In this document: piece after piece, positions 19,274 to 27,116 of the stretch
How the letters are laid out: the number at the start of each line of letters is the position of its first letter
How positions within the stretch are numbered: the first letter of the stretch is position 1
NCBI RefSeq assembly: GCF_039969435.1
Contig: NZ_JBDVNU010000038.1
Location: forward strand, 86,071 to 150,070
DNA: 64,000 nucleotides
Source of the DNA: Ilumatobacter sp.
Lineage (GTDB): Bacteria > Actinomycetota > Acidimicrobiia > Acidimicrobiales > Ilumatobacteraceae
Reading direction: 5' to 3'
Translations under genes and position numbers: made by a program
The notes under the pieces: generated by a model
What the model saw: only the letters and a program-made list of their open reading frames with translations
Told to the model about the DNA's origin: nothing
Databases searched by the model: none

Positions 19274-19510
19274 GACGGTGGCGACGAGGGACTCGATGGC
19301 GGTGGCGGCGTCGCCCGACTTCAGCAGGTCGAGGATCTCGCCGGTGTCGCCCGCGGCCTTCAGCTTGCCGCGCATGAACGCCACCGTCGGATCGAAGTCG
19401 GCTGCAGCCGCGTCGACGATCGGCACCGTGACGACGATCTCCGCGTCGTCCGGGCCCTGGACCCGTTCGTCCTTCTTGGCCACGACGACGCGGTACTGGA
19501 CCGTGCTCAT
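19271..19510 (-). CDS. Small SCP2-like (sterol-carrier-domain-like) protein, translationally coupled to mca
   Basis: 79 aa; C-terminal FMRGKLKAAGDTGEILDLLK resembles the SCP2 signature F..GKLK..G....A.KL; start ATG overlaps the mca stop (ATGA). Confidence 0.5.
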   Translation of the reverse strand: MSTVQYRVVVAKKDERVQGPDDAEIVVTVPIVDAAAADFDPTVAFMRGKLKAAGDTGEILDLLKSGDAATAIESLVATV

Positions 19511-20424
19511 ACGTTCGCATCCTGACGGATGCCGGCGAACAGGTCACGTTCGGTGTCGGAGTCCGGGATCGGGCCGACCTCGTTGCGCGCCAGGATCCAG
19601 TCCTCCCACGGGTACGTCTCGCGGAGTTGCTCGTCGGTCAGACCGAACCACCAACCGGCGTTCGGGTCGACCTGCGTGGCGTGTGCCCGCAACGCCCCGG
19701 TGCGTGCCCACTGGTAGTCGGCGACGTCGATCTTGGTGGTGATCCGGTCGTCCTGACCCTCGCGAGCCAGCCATTCCTCGGTGAACGGCGACTCGCCGGT
19801 GTACTTCAGCATCGCGTCGTGCACGGCCAGGATCCGCGCCTTGGCCCACACGGCGTAATAGAGCTTCAGCGGCTGGAACGGCTCGCCGAGCTCGGGGTAC
19901 CACTCGGCGTCGCCGGCACGGTCGAATGCGAGCACCGAGATGTCGTGCACGCGCAGGTGATCGGGGTGCGGGTAGCCGGCCTGGTCGTCGCCGTAGGTGA
20001 TGATGACCTGCGACTTCGTTCGTCGGATGACCGCCACGAGGCGACCGACGGCTTCGTCGAGGTCGGCCTGGTGGAAGCAGTCGGGGTGCTCGTTCGGTTC
20101 GGTCTCGGCCATCCCCGAGTCGCGATAACCGAGCATCACGACCTCGTCGAATCCGATGACGGCCGCCGACTCGGCCAGCTCCGACGCGCGCAGGGACGCC
20201 ACGAGTTCGCGCTCCTGCTCCGGCGTGAGCCCGTGGAAGGGCTGGCCCTCCTCACGAAGCGACGGGTTCTGCAGATCGCCCTCCTCGCCACCGGTGCAGC
20301 ACACCAGCACGGTGTTCGCGCCGTGCGCCTTGTACTTCGCCAGCGTGGGTGCGCCCTTCGATGCTTCGTCGTCGGGGTGGGCGTGCACCGTCAGGATGGT
20401 CAGTGGGGGATTCGTCTCGGACAC
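19507..20424 (-). CDS. mca: Mycothiol S-conjugate amidase (LmbE family)
   Basis: From GTG 20424: MSETNPPLTILTVHAHPDDEASKGAPTLAKY..., GYPHPDH, KLYY, ALRAHATQVDPNA, ELFAGI, closely matching mycobacterial Mca rather than MshB. The upstream 141 codons of the 447-aa ORF are low-complexity and rejected. Confidence 0.8.
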   Translation of the reverse strand: MSETNPPLTILTVHAHPDDEASKGAPTLAKYKAHGANTVLVCCTGGEEGDLQNPSLREEGQPFHGLTPEQERELVASLRASELAESAAVIGFDEVVMLGYRDSGMAETEPNEHPDCFHQADLDEAVGRLVAVIRRTKSQVIITYGDDQAGYPHPDHLRVHDISVLAFDRAGDAEWYPELGEPFQPLKLYYAVWAKARILAVHDAMLKYTGESPFTEEWLAREGQDDRITTKIDVADYQWARTGALRAHATQVDPNAGWWFGLTDEQLRETYPWEDWILARNEVGPIPDSDTERDLFAGIRQDANV

Positions 20425-20554
20425 GTCGGCCACGCTACCCACGGCGACCGACCGGCTCCCACGAACCGTCACGCACGACCAGGCCCCGTCGGGCCCGAGA
20501 GGATCGGGTGGTGCGCCGCCCTGGGGCGCAACGGTGCCACTATCCTCGCCCACC

Positions 20555-21280
20555 GTGTCCCGACGCCCCGTTCGCCTCGCCGTCGCCCTCGTCGCGGCGG
20601 CGCTCCTGAGCGCCTGCGACACCGGCGATGGGACCACCCTGCGAGAGCCCGTGGCACCGACCACGCTTCCCCCACCGGACACGACACCGCTCGAGACCGT
20701 CCCGTTGGAGGATCCGGCCCTCGACGCCCCGATCGTCTCGGACCCGATCATCGGGAACCCGATCGTCGAGAGCGACCCGCCGATCGACGGTGGCCAGACG
20801 ATTCCGGCCGCTGAGACCGACAACTCGACGACGGGTTTCGCGCTCTTCACCCCCTGGGCGCCGAACGCTCCGATCGACGTCGTCTACACGTGCGACGGGG
20901 CGGACTCGTCGCCGGCGCTCTCCTGGACCGGCGTCCCCGCCGGCACACAGGAGTTGGCCATCAGTTTGGTCGACGAGTCGAACCTGTCCAACGGTCGACC
21001 GTTCATCCACTGGGTGCTCGCGGGGATCGCCCCGGACATCGACCGGATCGGTGACGGCGAGGTCCCCGCGGGTGCGATCCGCGGTCTGAACTTCTTCGGC
21101 GACGTCGGGTACACGGGTCCGTGCCCCGACCCCGGTTCGTCGGGCACCTTCACGATCACCCTGTTCGCGCTCAACCAGCAACTCGAACTTGCCGATGGAA
21201 CTCCCGCAGCAGAATTGCTGGACGTCATCGCCACGGTGTCGATCGACTCCACGAGCTCGACCGGAACCGTCACCCGCTGA
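20555..21280 (+). CDS. YbhB/YbcL (PEBP/RKIP-like) family lipoprotein
   Basis: GTG 20555 (alt 20534) giving signal peptide plus lipobox LLSAC. PEBP motifs (YTCDGADSSPALSW, LVDESNLSNGRPFIHWVLAGI, GYTGPCP). Confidence 0.7.
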   Translation: MSRRPVRLAVALVAAALLSACDTGDGTTLREPVAPTTLPPPDTTPLETVPLEDPALDAPIVSDPIIGNPIVESDPPIDGGQTIPAAETDNSTTGFALFTPWAPNAPIDVVYTCDGADSSPALSWTGVPAGTQELAISLVDESNLSNGRPFIHWVLAGIAPDIDRIGDGEVPAGAIRGLNFFGDVGYTGPCPDPGSSGTFTITLFALNQQLELADGTPAAELLDVIATVSIDSTSSTGTVTR

Positions 21281-21334
21281 CGGCCCGCCGTTCGGCTGCG
21301 CGAAGCGGGAGGAGTACTCCACGGAACGGGACCG

Positions 21335-23278
21335 ATGACGAACGACCAACCTCAGCCGGCGACATCGACGTCGTCGTCGCCGCCGTCATCGCCGCCGCCT
21401 CCACCGCCGGCGTCGGCTGCTCCACCCTGGCCGCAGTTCGCCTCCCCGCCGTCCGTTCCTCCACCACCGCCGTCGACGGCCGCTCCCCCATCACCGACCC
21501 CGCCCCCACCGCCGAACCCGCCCGCTCCACCGTCACCACCGCACCCACCTCCGGCCTCGACGCCTCCAGCGCCTCCCGCCGTCGTGGACCTCCCGCCCGC
21601 GCTCCGTCGACTGCTGCACCACGACGGCACGGCGATCGCAGTGTTCGGCCTCGACGGGTCGATCCGCGACGTGAACACGCCGATGCTCCGCCTCGTCGGG
21701 GCCTCGTCGGTCGTCGAGGTGAACGCCGGATCCCCCGCCGACGGCGTGCTGCGCTCGTTCCTCGACCAGATCCCGTCCGAGTTGTTCCGCAGCGGAGCAC
21801 ACGTCTGGCACGGTCGAGTCGACCACCACGATCCGAGCGGACGGCGACTCGTGTTGCGTGCGACGGCCAGTGCCTCCCACGACGCAGCTGCGTCGGGCGG
21901 TGGCGATCTGGCACTGCTGCTGCACGACATCACCGACTCCGACGACCGGATGCGCGCCCTCGTCCATCGGGCGACGCACGACCCGCTGACCGGACTCGCG
22001 AACCGCCATCAACTCCTGCGTCAGCTCGCCGGTGCGGTCGCTGCACAACGCGGCCGCGTCGGCCACGTCGCCGTGATCTTCCTCGACCTCGACCACCTCA
22101 AGTACGTCAACGATGCCTTCGGACACGGAGCCGGCGACCGGCTGCTGGCGTCCTCCGCACGGCGTCTCGAGCAGGCCGTTCGACCCGCCGACGACGTCGC
22201 CCGCATCGGTGGCGACGAGTTCCTGGTGATCGCCACCGACGTGACCGACTCGGTCGATGCACTCGAACTCGCCGATCGCATCCGTCGAGCCCTCACGGGT
22301 CACCTGAGCGTCGGCGAGATCGACCTCGACTTCTCCGTCAGCGTCGGGGTCGCCCTCACCGACGAGGACGTGATGGACCTCGACGACGACGACGCCGCAT
22401 CGATGCTGATCAGCAACGCCGACTCCGCGATGTACGAGTCGAAACAGAACGGGCGCGGCCGGTGCACGGTGTACACGTCCCAGATGCGTTCCACGGCGCG
22501 GCGTCGCACCGAGATGGCCGGCGAACTCGCCCGTGCCCTGACCGACGGCGCCGTCGGCGTCGCCTACCAGCCCATCCACTCGGCCGTGTCGGGTGCCGTC
22601 GTGGCCGCCGAGGCGCTCGTGCGCTGGAGCCATCCGACGATGGGTGACATCGACGCCGCCACCGTCGTCGAGGTGGCCGAGGGTTCGGGGGCGATGGGCC
22701 GACTCGGTGAGTTCGTGCTCGAGCAGGCGCTCGTCGACCTCGGCGCATGGCAGGCGACGGGTTCGGCCGACTCGACGTTCGCGGTCCACGTGAACGTCTC
22801 ACGGGTCCAGCTGGCATCGTCGTCGTTCGTCAATCTCGTGATGGACCGCCTGCGCCACCACCGTCTCGCTCCGGCGCAGCTCGTGTTGGAGGCGCGGGAT
22901 TCGCCGCTCCTCGGGCGCGAATCGGAGGTCGTCCGATCGATCCGCGCCCTGCGTCGTTTCGGTGTGCAGATCGCCGTCGACAACTTCGGCACCGGCGCCA
23001 AGGCGCTCGCGGTACTGACCGATGTCGGTGCCGACGTGTTGAAGCTCGACGGCTCGCTCGCGCTGCCGTCGGGCTCCACGGACACCGACATGAGACTCGT
23101 GCGCGCCGTCGTGCTGCTCGCACACTCGCTCGACATGGAAGTGGGAGCCGAACGCGTCAGCGGCAACGACCAACTCCGTCGACTGCAGGCCGCGGGCTGC
23201 GACATGGTGCAGGGCAACTTCATCGGCCGACCCGTGCCGGCCCACGCCCTCGATTTCTCGGTGTCGCCCACCATCTGA
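21335..23278 (+). CDS. GGDEF-EAL diguanylate cyclase/phosphodiesterase with Pro-rich N-terminus and PAS-like region
   Basis: GGDEF motif (RIGGDEFLV) and EAL domain (EALVRWSHP..., QIAVDNFGTG, KLDGS). Confidence 0.85.
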   Translation: MTNDQPQPATSTSSSPPSSPPPPPPASAAPPWPQFASPPSVPPPPPSTAAPPSPTPPPPPNPPAPPSPPHPPPASTPPAPPAVVDLPPALRRLLHHDGTAIAVFGLDGSIRDVNTPMLRLVGASSVVEVNAGSPADGVLRSFLDQIPSELFRSGAHVWHGRVDHHDPSGRRLVLRATASASHDAAASGGGDLALLLHDITDSDDRMRALVHRATHDPLTGLANRHQLLRQLAGAVAAQRGRVGHVAVIFLDLDHLKYVNDAFGHGAGDRLLASSARRLEQAVRPADDVARIGGDEFLVIATDVTDSVDALELADRIRRALTGHLSVGEIDLDFSVSVGVALTDEDVMDLDDDDAASMLISNADSAMYESKQNGRGRCTVYTSQMRSTARRRTEMAGELARALTDGAVGVAYQPIHSAVSGAVVAAEALVRWSHPTMGDIDAATVVEVAEGSGAMGRLGEFVLEQALVDLGAWQATGSADSTFAVHVNVSRVQLASSSFVNLVMDRLRHHRLAPAQLVLEARDSPLLGRESEVVRSIRALRRFGVQIAVDNFGTGAKALAVLTDVGADVLKLDGSLALPSGSTDTDMRLVRAVVLLAHSLDMEVGAERVSGNDQLRRLQAAGCDMVQGNFIGRPVPAHALDFSVSPTI

Positions 23279-23280
23279 CG

Positions 23281-23385
23281 GCGCTCGGGCTGACGGTGCT
23301 CGGGCTAACGGCGCTCGGGCTGACGGTGCTCGGGCTGACGGTGCTCGGGCTGACGGCGCTCGGGCTGACGGCGCTGGGGCTGACT
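23281..23385. repeat. Intergenic tandem repeat, 15-bp unit x7 (gYgctcgggctRacg)
   Basis: Starts 3 bp after the GGDEF-EAL stop; copies 1-6 near-identical, copy 7 degenerate; would read LGLT(A/V) x7 or (VSPS[AT])n in spurious ORFs on either strand. Confidence 0.85.
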
Positions 23386-23517
23386 CGACGCAGCGGACGC
23401 CCACCCGACCGCGGGTGGATGCCTCCCGGGACTCGGTGTCGATCGCCGCTCGTGCGCTGCTCCGTGCGGGGGCCGGTGTTTCGGGATCGGTCAGACATCG
23501 CTCGGTAGCCTGGTCGC

Positions 23518-24558
23518 GTGCCGTTGCCGTTGCCTTCGTCCGACTCCGGAGATGCCGACCGTCGCTCGACCCTGCCGCCGCCGCCACCGTCGCGCGGCAC
23601 ATCGCCCGGGAACATCCAGTCCGCCACCGCACCCGCAGGTCCGCCGCCGCCCGCGAGCACGCTGCCGAGCGCTCCGTCGGGGAACGACGTCTGCTACCGC
23701 CACCCCTCGCGGCCCGTCGGTCGCCACTGCACGCGATGCGGAAAGCCCGCCTGCGCCGAGTGCCTGCACCAGGTGTCGGTCGGCAGTCACTGCACCGAAT
23801 GCGTCAAGGCCGCCCGACCGGACATCAGGACCCGGGCCAAGTACTGGCAGGCAGGCAAGCCGGCGATCGTCACCACCACGCTCATCGCGCTCAACGTCGT
23901 TGTGTTCGTGATCCTCGGCCTCGTCTACGGCCTGAGCGACATGATCGGGCAGTCCGGCGGGGAGGCCCACGCCCGCTTCGGACTCTTCGGCCCGGCTCTC
24001 GGCGGCGATCCCATCGGCCTGTTCCGCACCGCCGACGGCGACCTCGTCACCTCGAACGGGAACGAGTGGTACCGCCTCGTCACCAGTGGGTTCCTGCACT
24101 ACGGGATCATCCACATCGGCTTCAACATGTACATCCTGTTCATGCTCGGCAACATGCTCGAGCCACAGCTCGGACGGGTCAAGTTCCTGTCGATCTACTT
24201 CGCATCGATGCTCGGCGGGTCGGCCGGAGCGCTGCTGATCGAACCGAACGCCCTGACGGCCGGCGCGTCGGGTGCCGTCTTCGGGCTGCTCGGCGCGGCG
24301 GCCGTCGGCATGTGGCACCAGGGCATCAATCCGTTCTCCACGGGCGTCGGTCGGTTGCTGTTGATCAACCTCGCGTTCACGTTCCTCTGGCCGAACATCT
24401 CGATCGGCGGGCACCTCGGCGGCGTGGTGGCCGGAGCGCTGTGCGCCTTCGTGATGATGGCCCCCGCCTACAAGGGATTCCCGCGCTGGGCCGCGAGCAT
24501 CACTCCTCTCGCCGTCGCCGTGGTCGCCGTCGTCGCCTCGGTCGTCGCGGTTCGCTGA
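23518..24558 (+). CDS. Rhomboid-family intramembrane serine protease with N-terminal zinc-ribbon
   Basis: CxxC...CxxC (HCTRCGKPACAECL...HCTECV) then 6 TMs with the rhomboid GxSG motif (GASGAVFGLLGA) and catalytic His (GGHLGG). Confidence 0.8.
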   Translation: MPLPLPSSDSGDADRRSTLPPPPPSRGTSPGNIQSATAPAGPPPPASTLPSAPSGNDVCYRHPSRPVGRHCTRCGKPACAECLHQVSVGSHCTECVKAARPDIRTRAKYWQAGKPAIVTTTLIALNVVVFVILGLVYGLSDMIGQSGGEAHARFGLFGPALGGDPIGLFRTADGDLVTSNGNEWYRLVTSGFLHYGIIHIGFNMYILFMLGNMLEPQLGRVKFLSIYFASMLGGSAGALLIEPNALTAGASGAVFGLLGAAAVGMWHQGINPFSTGVGRLLLINLAFTFLWPNISIGGHLGGVVAGALCAFVMMAPAYKGFPRWAASITPLAVAVVAVVASVVAVR

Positions 24559-24596
24559 TCGTCGACTCACCGCCGAGGCGGGCGTAGCCTCGGGCC

Positions 24597-26297
24597 ATGG
24601 CCCTGCGTCAGACGCACATCGACCGAATCCGCGACGGCAGCTTCGACACGCTGATCATCGGCGGCGGGATCAACGGCGCGGTCACGGCGGCGTCGCTGGC
24701 CGGACGCGGTGCGAGTGTCGCACTCGTCGACCGCGGCGACTTCGCCCACTTCACGAGCCAGGCATCGTCAAACATGGTGTGGGGCGGTTTCAAGTACCTC
24801 GAGAACTACGAGTTCTGGCTCGTGTTCAAGCTCTGCCAGTCCCGCAACCGCCTGATGCGGGCCTATCGAGCGAACATCAAGGAGATCGGCTTCTACGCCG
24901 CCCTCCAGGACAAGCCCTACAAGCCCTGGTTCGCCGCCCTCGGAGCGTTCGGCTACTGGGGCATCGGTCAGTTCGGCACGAAGCCCCCTCGCTATCTCTC
25001 CACCGAGAGGATCGAGAAGGAGGAACCGGCGATCAACACCCAGGAGGTGGCCGGAGGAATCGAGTACCGCGACGGCCTGTTGATCGACAACGACGCCCGA
25101 TTCGTGTTCAGCTTCGTCCGCTCGGCGATCGAAGCCGGCGCGGCTGCGGCCAACTACGTCGAACTCGTGTCGGCGCGCCGCGACGGCAACCGCTGGATCG
25201 CACGCCTGCGCGACGTCGACACCGGTGACGAGTTCCAGACCCACGCCCGCACCATCGTCAACGCAGCGGGCCCGTTCGTCGACGAGACCAACCAGGGCTG
25301 GGGCCTGCAGACCGACCACCGCATCGTCTACTCCAAGGGCATCCACCTGGTCGTCCCCCGTCTCACCACCCGCAACCACGACAAGGTGCTGGCGTTCTAC
25401 GACGACGCCGAGCGCCTGTTCTACGTCATTCCCATGGGGCACCGTTCGGTCATCGGAACCACCGACACGCGTGTCGACACGCCCTACACCGAGGTCACCG
25501 ACGACGACATCGACTTCCTGCTCGCCCAGATCAACGCGCGACTCGATCTCGACGAACCGCTGACGCGCTCCGACATCATCGCCGACCGCTGTGGGGTGCG
25601 ACCGCTCGTGGTGCAGACCGACGGCGGCGACCAGCAGGACGTCGACTGGACCAAGCTCTCCCGCAAGCACGCCGTGGAGACCGACCACCGCCAGCGGGTG
25701 GTCACGATCTTCGGCGGCAAGCTCACCGACTGCCTGAACATCGGTGAGGAGGTGGCCGCCGAGATCGAGCAACTCGGTGTGCCGCTCGAACGCGATCTCC
25801 ACAACTGGTACGGGGAGCCGGCCAAGGCCACGAAGAAGGAGTTCTTCCGCCAGGCCCGCCTGATGAAGCTCGACCGGATCCGGTCGAAGCCCGAGGTCGA
25901 ACCGTTGTCCGACCGCCTGTGGCGCCGTTACGGCCGCCGTGCGTTCGCGATGCTCGACGCGATCCGTGAGGAGCCGGCGATGGCCGAGGACATCATGGGT
26001 TCGGCCGACTACATCCGCATCGAACTGCACGAGGCCGCCCGGTCCGAGATGGTCACGAAGCTCGAGGACTTCATGCGGCGTCGTTCCAAGATCGAGCTGG
26101 TCGTGCGCGACGAGGACATCGCTGCGTCAGCGGGCCTGCGCGAGGTGGCCGAGATCCTGTTCGGCGCCGACGACGCCGACCGACGCCTCGCCGAGTACTT
26201 CGGAGGCGAGGACCGGGTTCCCGCCGCCGTCAGGGCCGGACCCCGCCCGACCGAGGCCACCAAGTCCGCCGGCCACACGCTGGTCTCCCCGCGCTGA
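24597..26297 (+). CDS. glpD: FAD-dependent glycerol-3-phosphate dehydrogenase
   Basis: N-terminal FAD fold (DTLIIGGGINGAVTA) and GlpD-like length and architecture (566 aa). Confidence 0.75.
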   Translation: MALRQTHIDRIRDGSFDTLIIGGGINGAVTAASLAGRGASVALVDRGDFAHFTSQASSNMVWGGFKYLENYEFWLVFKLCQSRNRLMRAYRANIKEIGFYAALQDKPYKPWFAALGAFGYWGIGQFGTKPPRYLSTERIEKEEPAINTQEVAGGIEYRDGLLIDNDARFVFSFVRSAIEAGAAAANYVELVSARRDGNRWIARLRDVDTGDEFQTHARTIVNAAGPFVDETNQGWGLQTDHRIVYSKGIHLVVPRLTTRNHDKVLAFYDDAERLFYVIPMGHRSVIGTTDTRVDTPYTEVTDDDIDFLLAQINARLDLDEPLTRSDIIADRCGVRPLVVQTDGGDQQDVDWTKLSRKHAVETDHRQRVVTIFGGKLTDCLNIGEEVAAEIEQLGVPLERDLHNWYGEPAKATKKEFFRQARLMKLDRIRSKPEVEPLSDRLWRRYGRRAFAMLDAIREEPAMAEDIMGSADYIRIELHEAARSEMVTKLEDFMRRRSKIELVVRDEDIAASAGLREVAEILFGADDADRRLAEYFGGEDRVPAAVRAGPRPTEATKSAGHTLVSPR

Positions 26298-26305
26298 ACA
26301 CCGCG

Positions 26306-27070
26306 ATGCTCTCCACCCTCCGCAGTTGGTTCACCCGTCCCGCACCGGAATTCGATCCGGCCTGGGAGTCGATCCTGCGTGAGAAGTACGCACACTGGTC
26401 GATCCTCGACACCGACGAACTCGCCCGGATGCGGATGCTGACCGCCCGGTTCATCGCCGACAACGACTGGGAAGCCGCCCAGGGGATGAAGATCACCACC
26501 GAGGTGCAGGTGCTGATCGCCGCGCAGGCCTCGATGCTCCTGCTCGGGCTCGAGATCGACGAGTTCTTCGACGTCACGTCGATCATCGTGCACACCTCCA
26601 CGGTTCGTCTCCGGGGTACCCGACGGAGCGCGGCGGGAACGATGAGCGACGGCGTGCAACACCTCGCCGGCCAGGCCACGCCGAAGGGTCCGGTGGTCCT
26701 GTCGTGGTCGGCGGTGAAGCGAGGCGCGCTGCGTCCCGACGCCGGCGAGAACGTCACGTACCACGAGTTCGCCCATCGTCTCGACATGCTCGACGGCATC
26801 ACCGACGGCACGCCGCCGCTCGGCAGCGACGAGGCGACCACGCGTTGGGCGGCGATCTGCACGCCGGCCTTCGAGCGGGTCCAGACCGGCGACTCCGTCC
26901 TGCGCAACTACGCCGCGACGAACATCGCCGAGTTCTTCGCCGTGGCCACCGAAGCCTTCCTGAACCGCCCCGACGTGCTCGTCGTCCACGAACCCGACCT
27001 CTACGCCCAGCTCCGGTCCTTCTACGGACAGGATCCGGCAGCGAGACTGTCACGAACGACGATCGCCTGA
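26306..27070 (+). CDS. mtfA: Zinc-dependent peptidase MtfA (M90 family)
   Basis: HEFAHRLD HExxH motif and overall MtfA/DUF980-like layout; 8 bp after glpD. Confidence 0.65.
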   Translation: MLSTLRSWFTRPAPEFDPAWESILREKYAHWSILDTDELARMRMLTARFIADNDWEAAQGMKITTEVQVLIAAQASMLLLGLEIDEFFDVTSIIVHTSTVRLRGTRRSAAGTMSDGVQHLAGQATPKGPVVLSWSAVKRGALRPDAGENVTYHEFAHRLDMLDGITDGTPPLGSDEATTRWAAICTPAFERVQTGDSVLRNYAATNIAEFFAVATEAFLNRPDVLVVHEPDLYAQLRSFYGQDPAARLSRTTIA

Positions 27071-27116
27071 CCGCATCCGATTCAAGCCCGGCCCCGACGG
27101 TACCGATGACTGCCGC

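Noticed and set aside
20425-20850. 141-codon N-terminal extension of the mca ORF
   Set aside because: Gly/Ser/Val low complexity, no GC3 bias, and no counterpart in Mca proteins, which begin MSE..HAHPDDE. GTG 20424 fits the family.
23281-23385. Possible CRISPR array (short direct repeats)
   Set aside because: The 15-bp units are contiguous with no spacers; this is a minisatellite, not a repeat-spacer array. No cas genes lie nearby (the Cas4-like nuclease at 9502 is 14 kb away and solitary).
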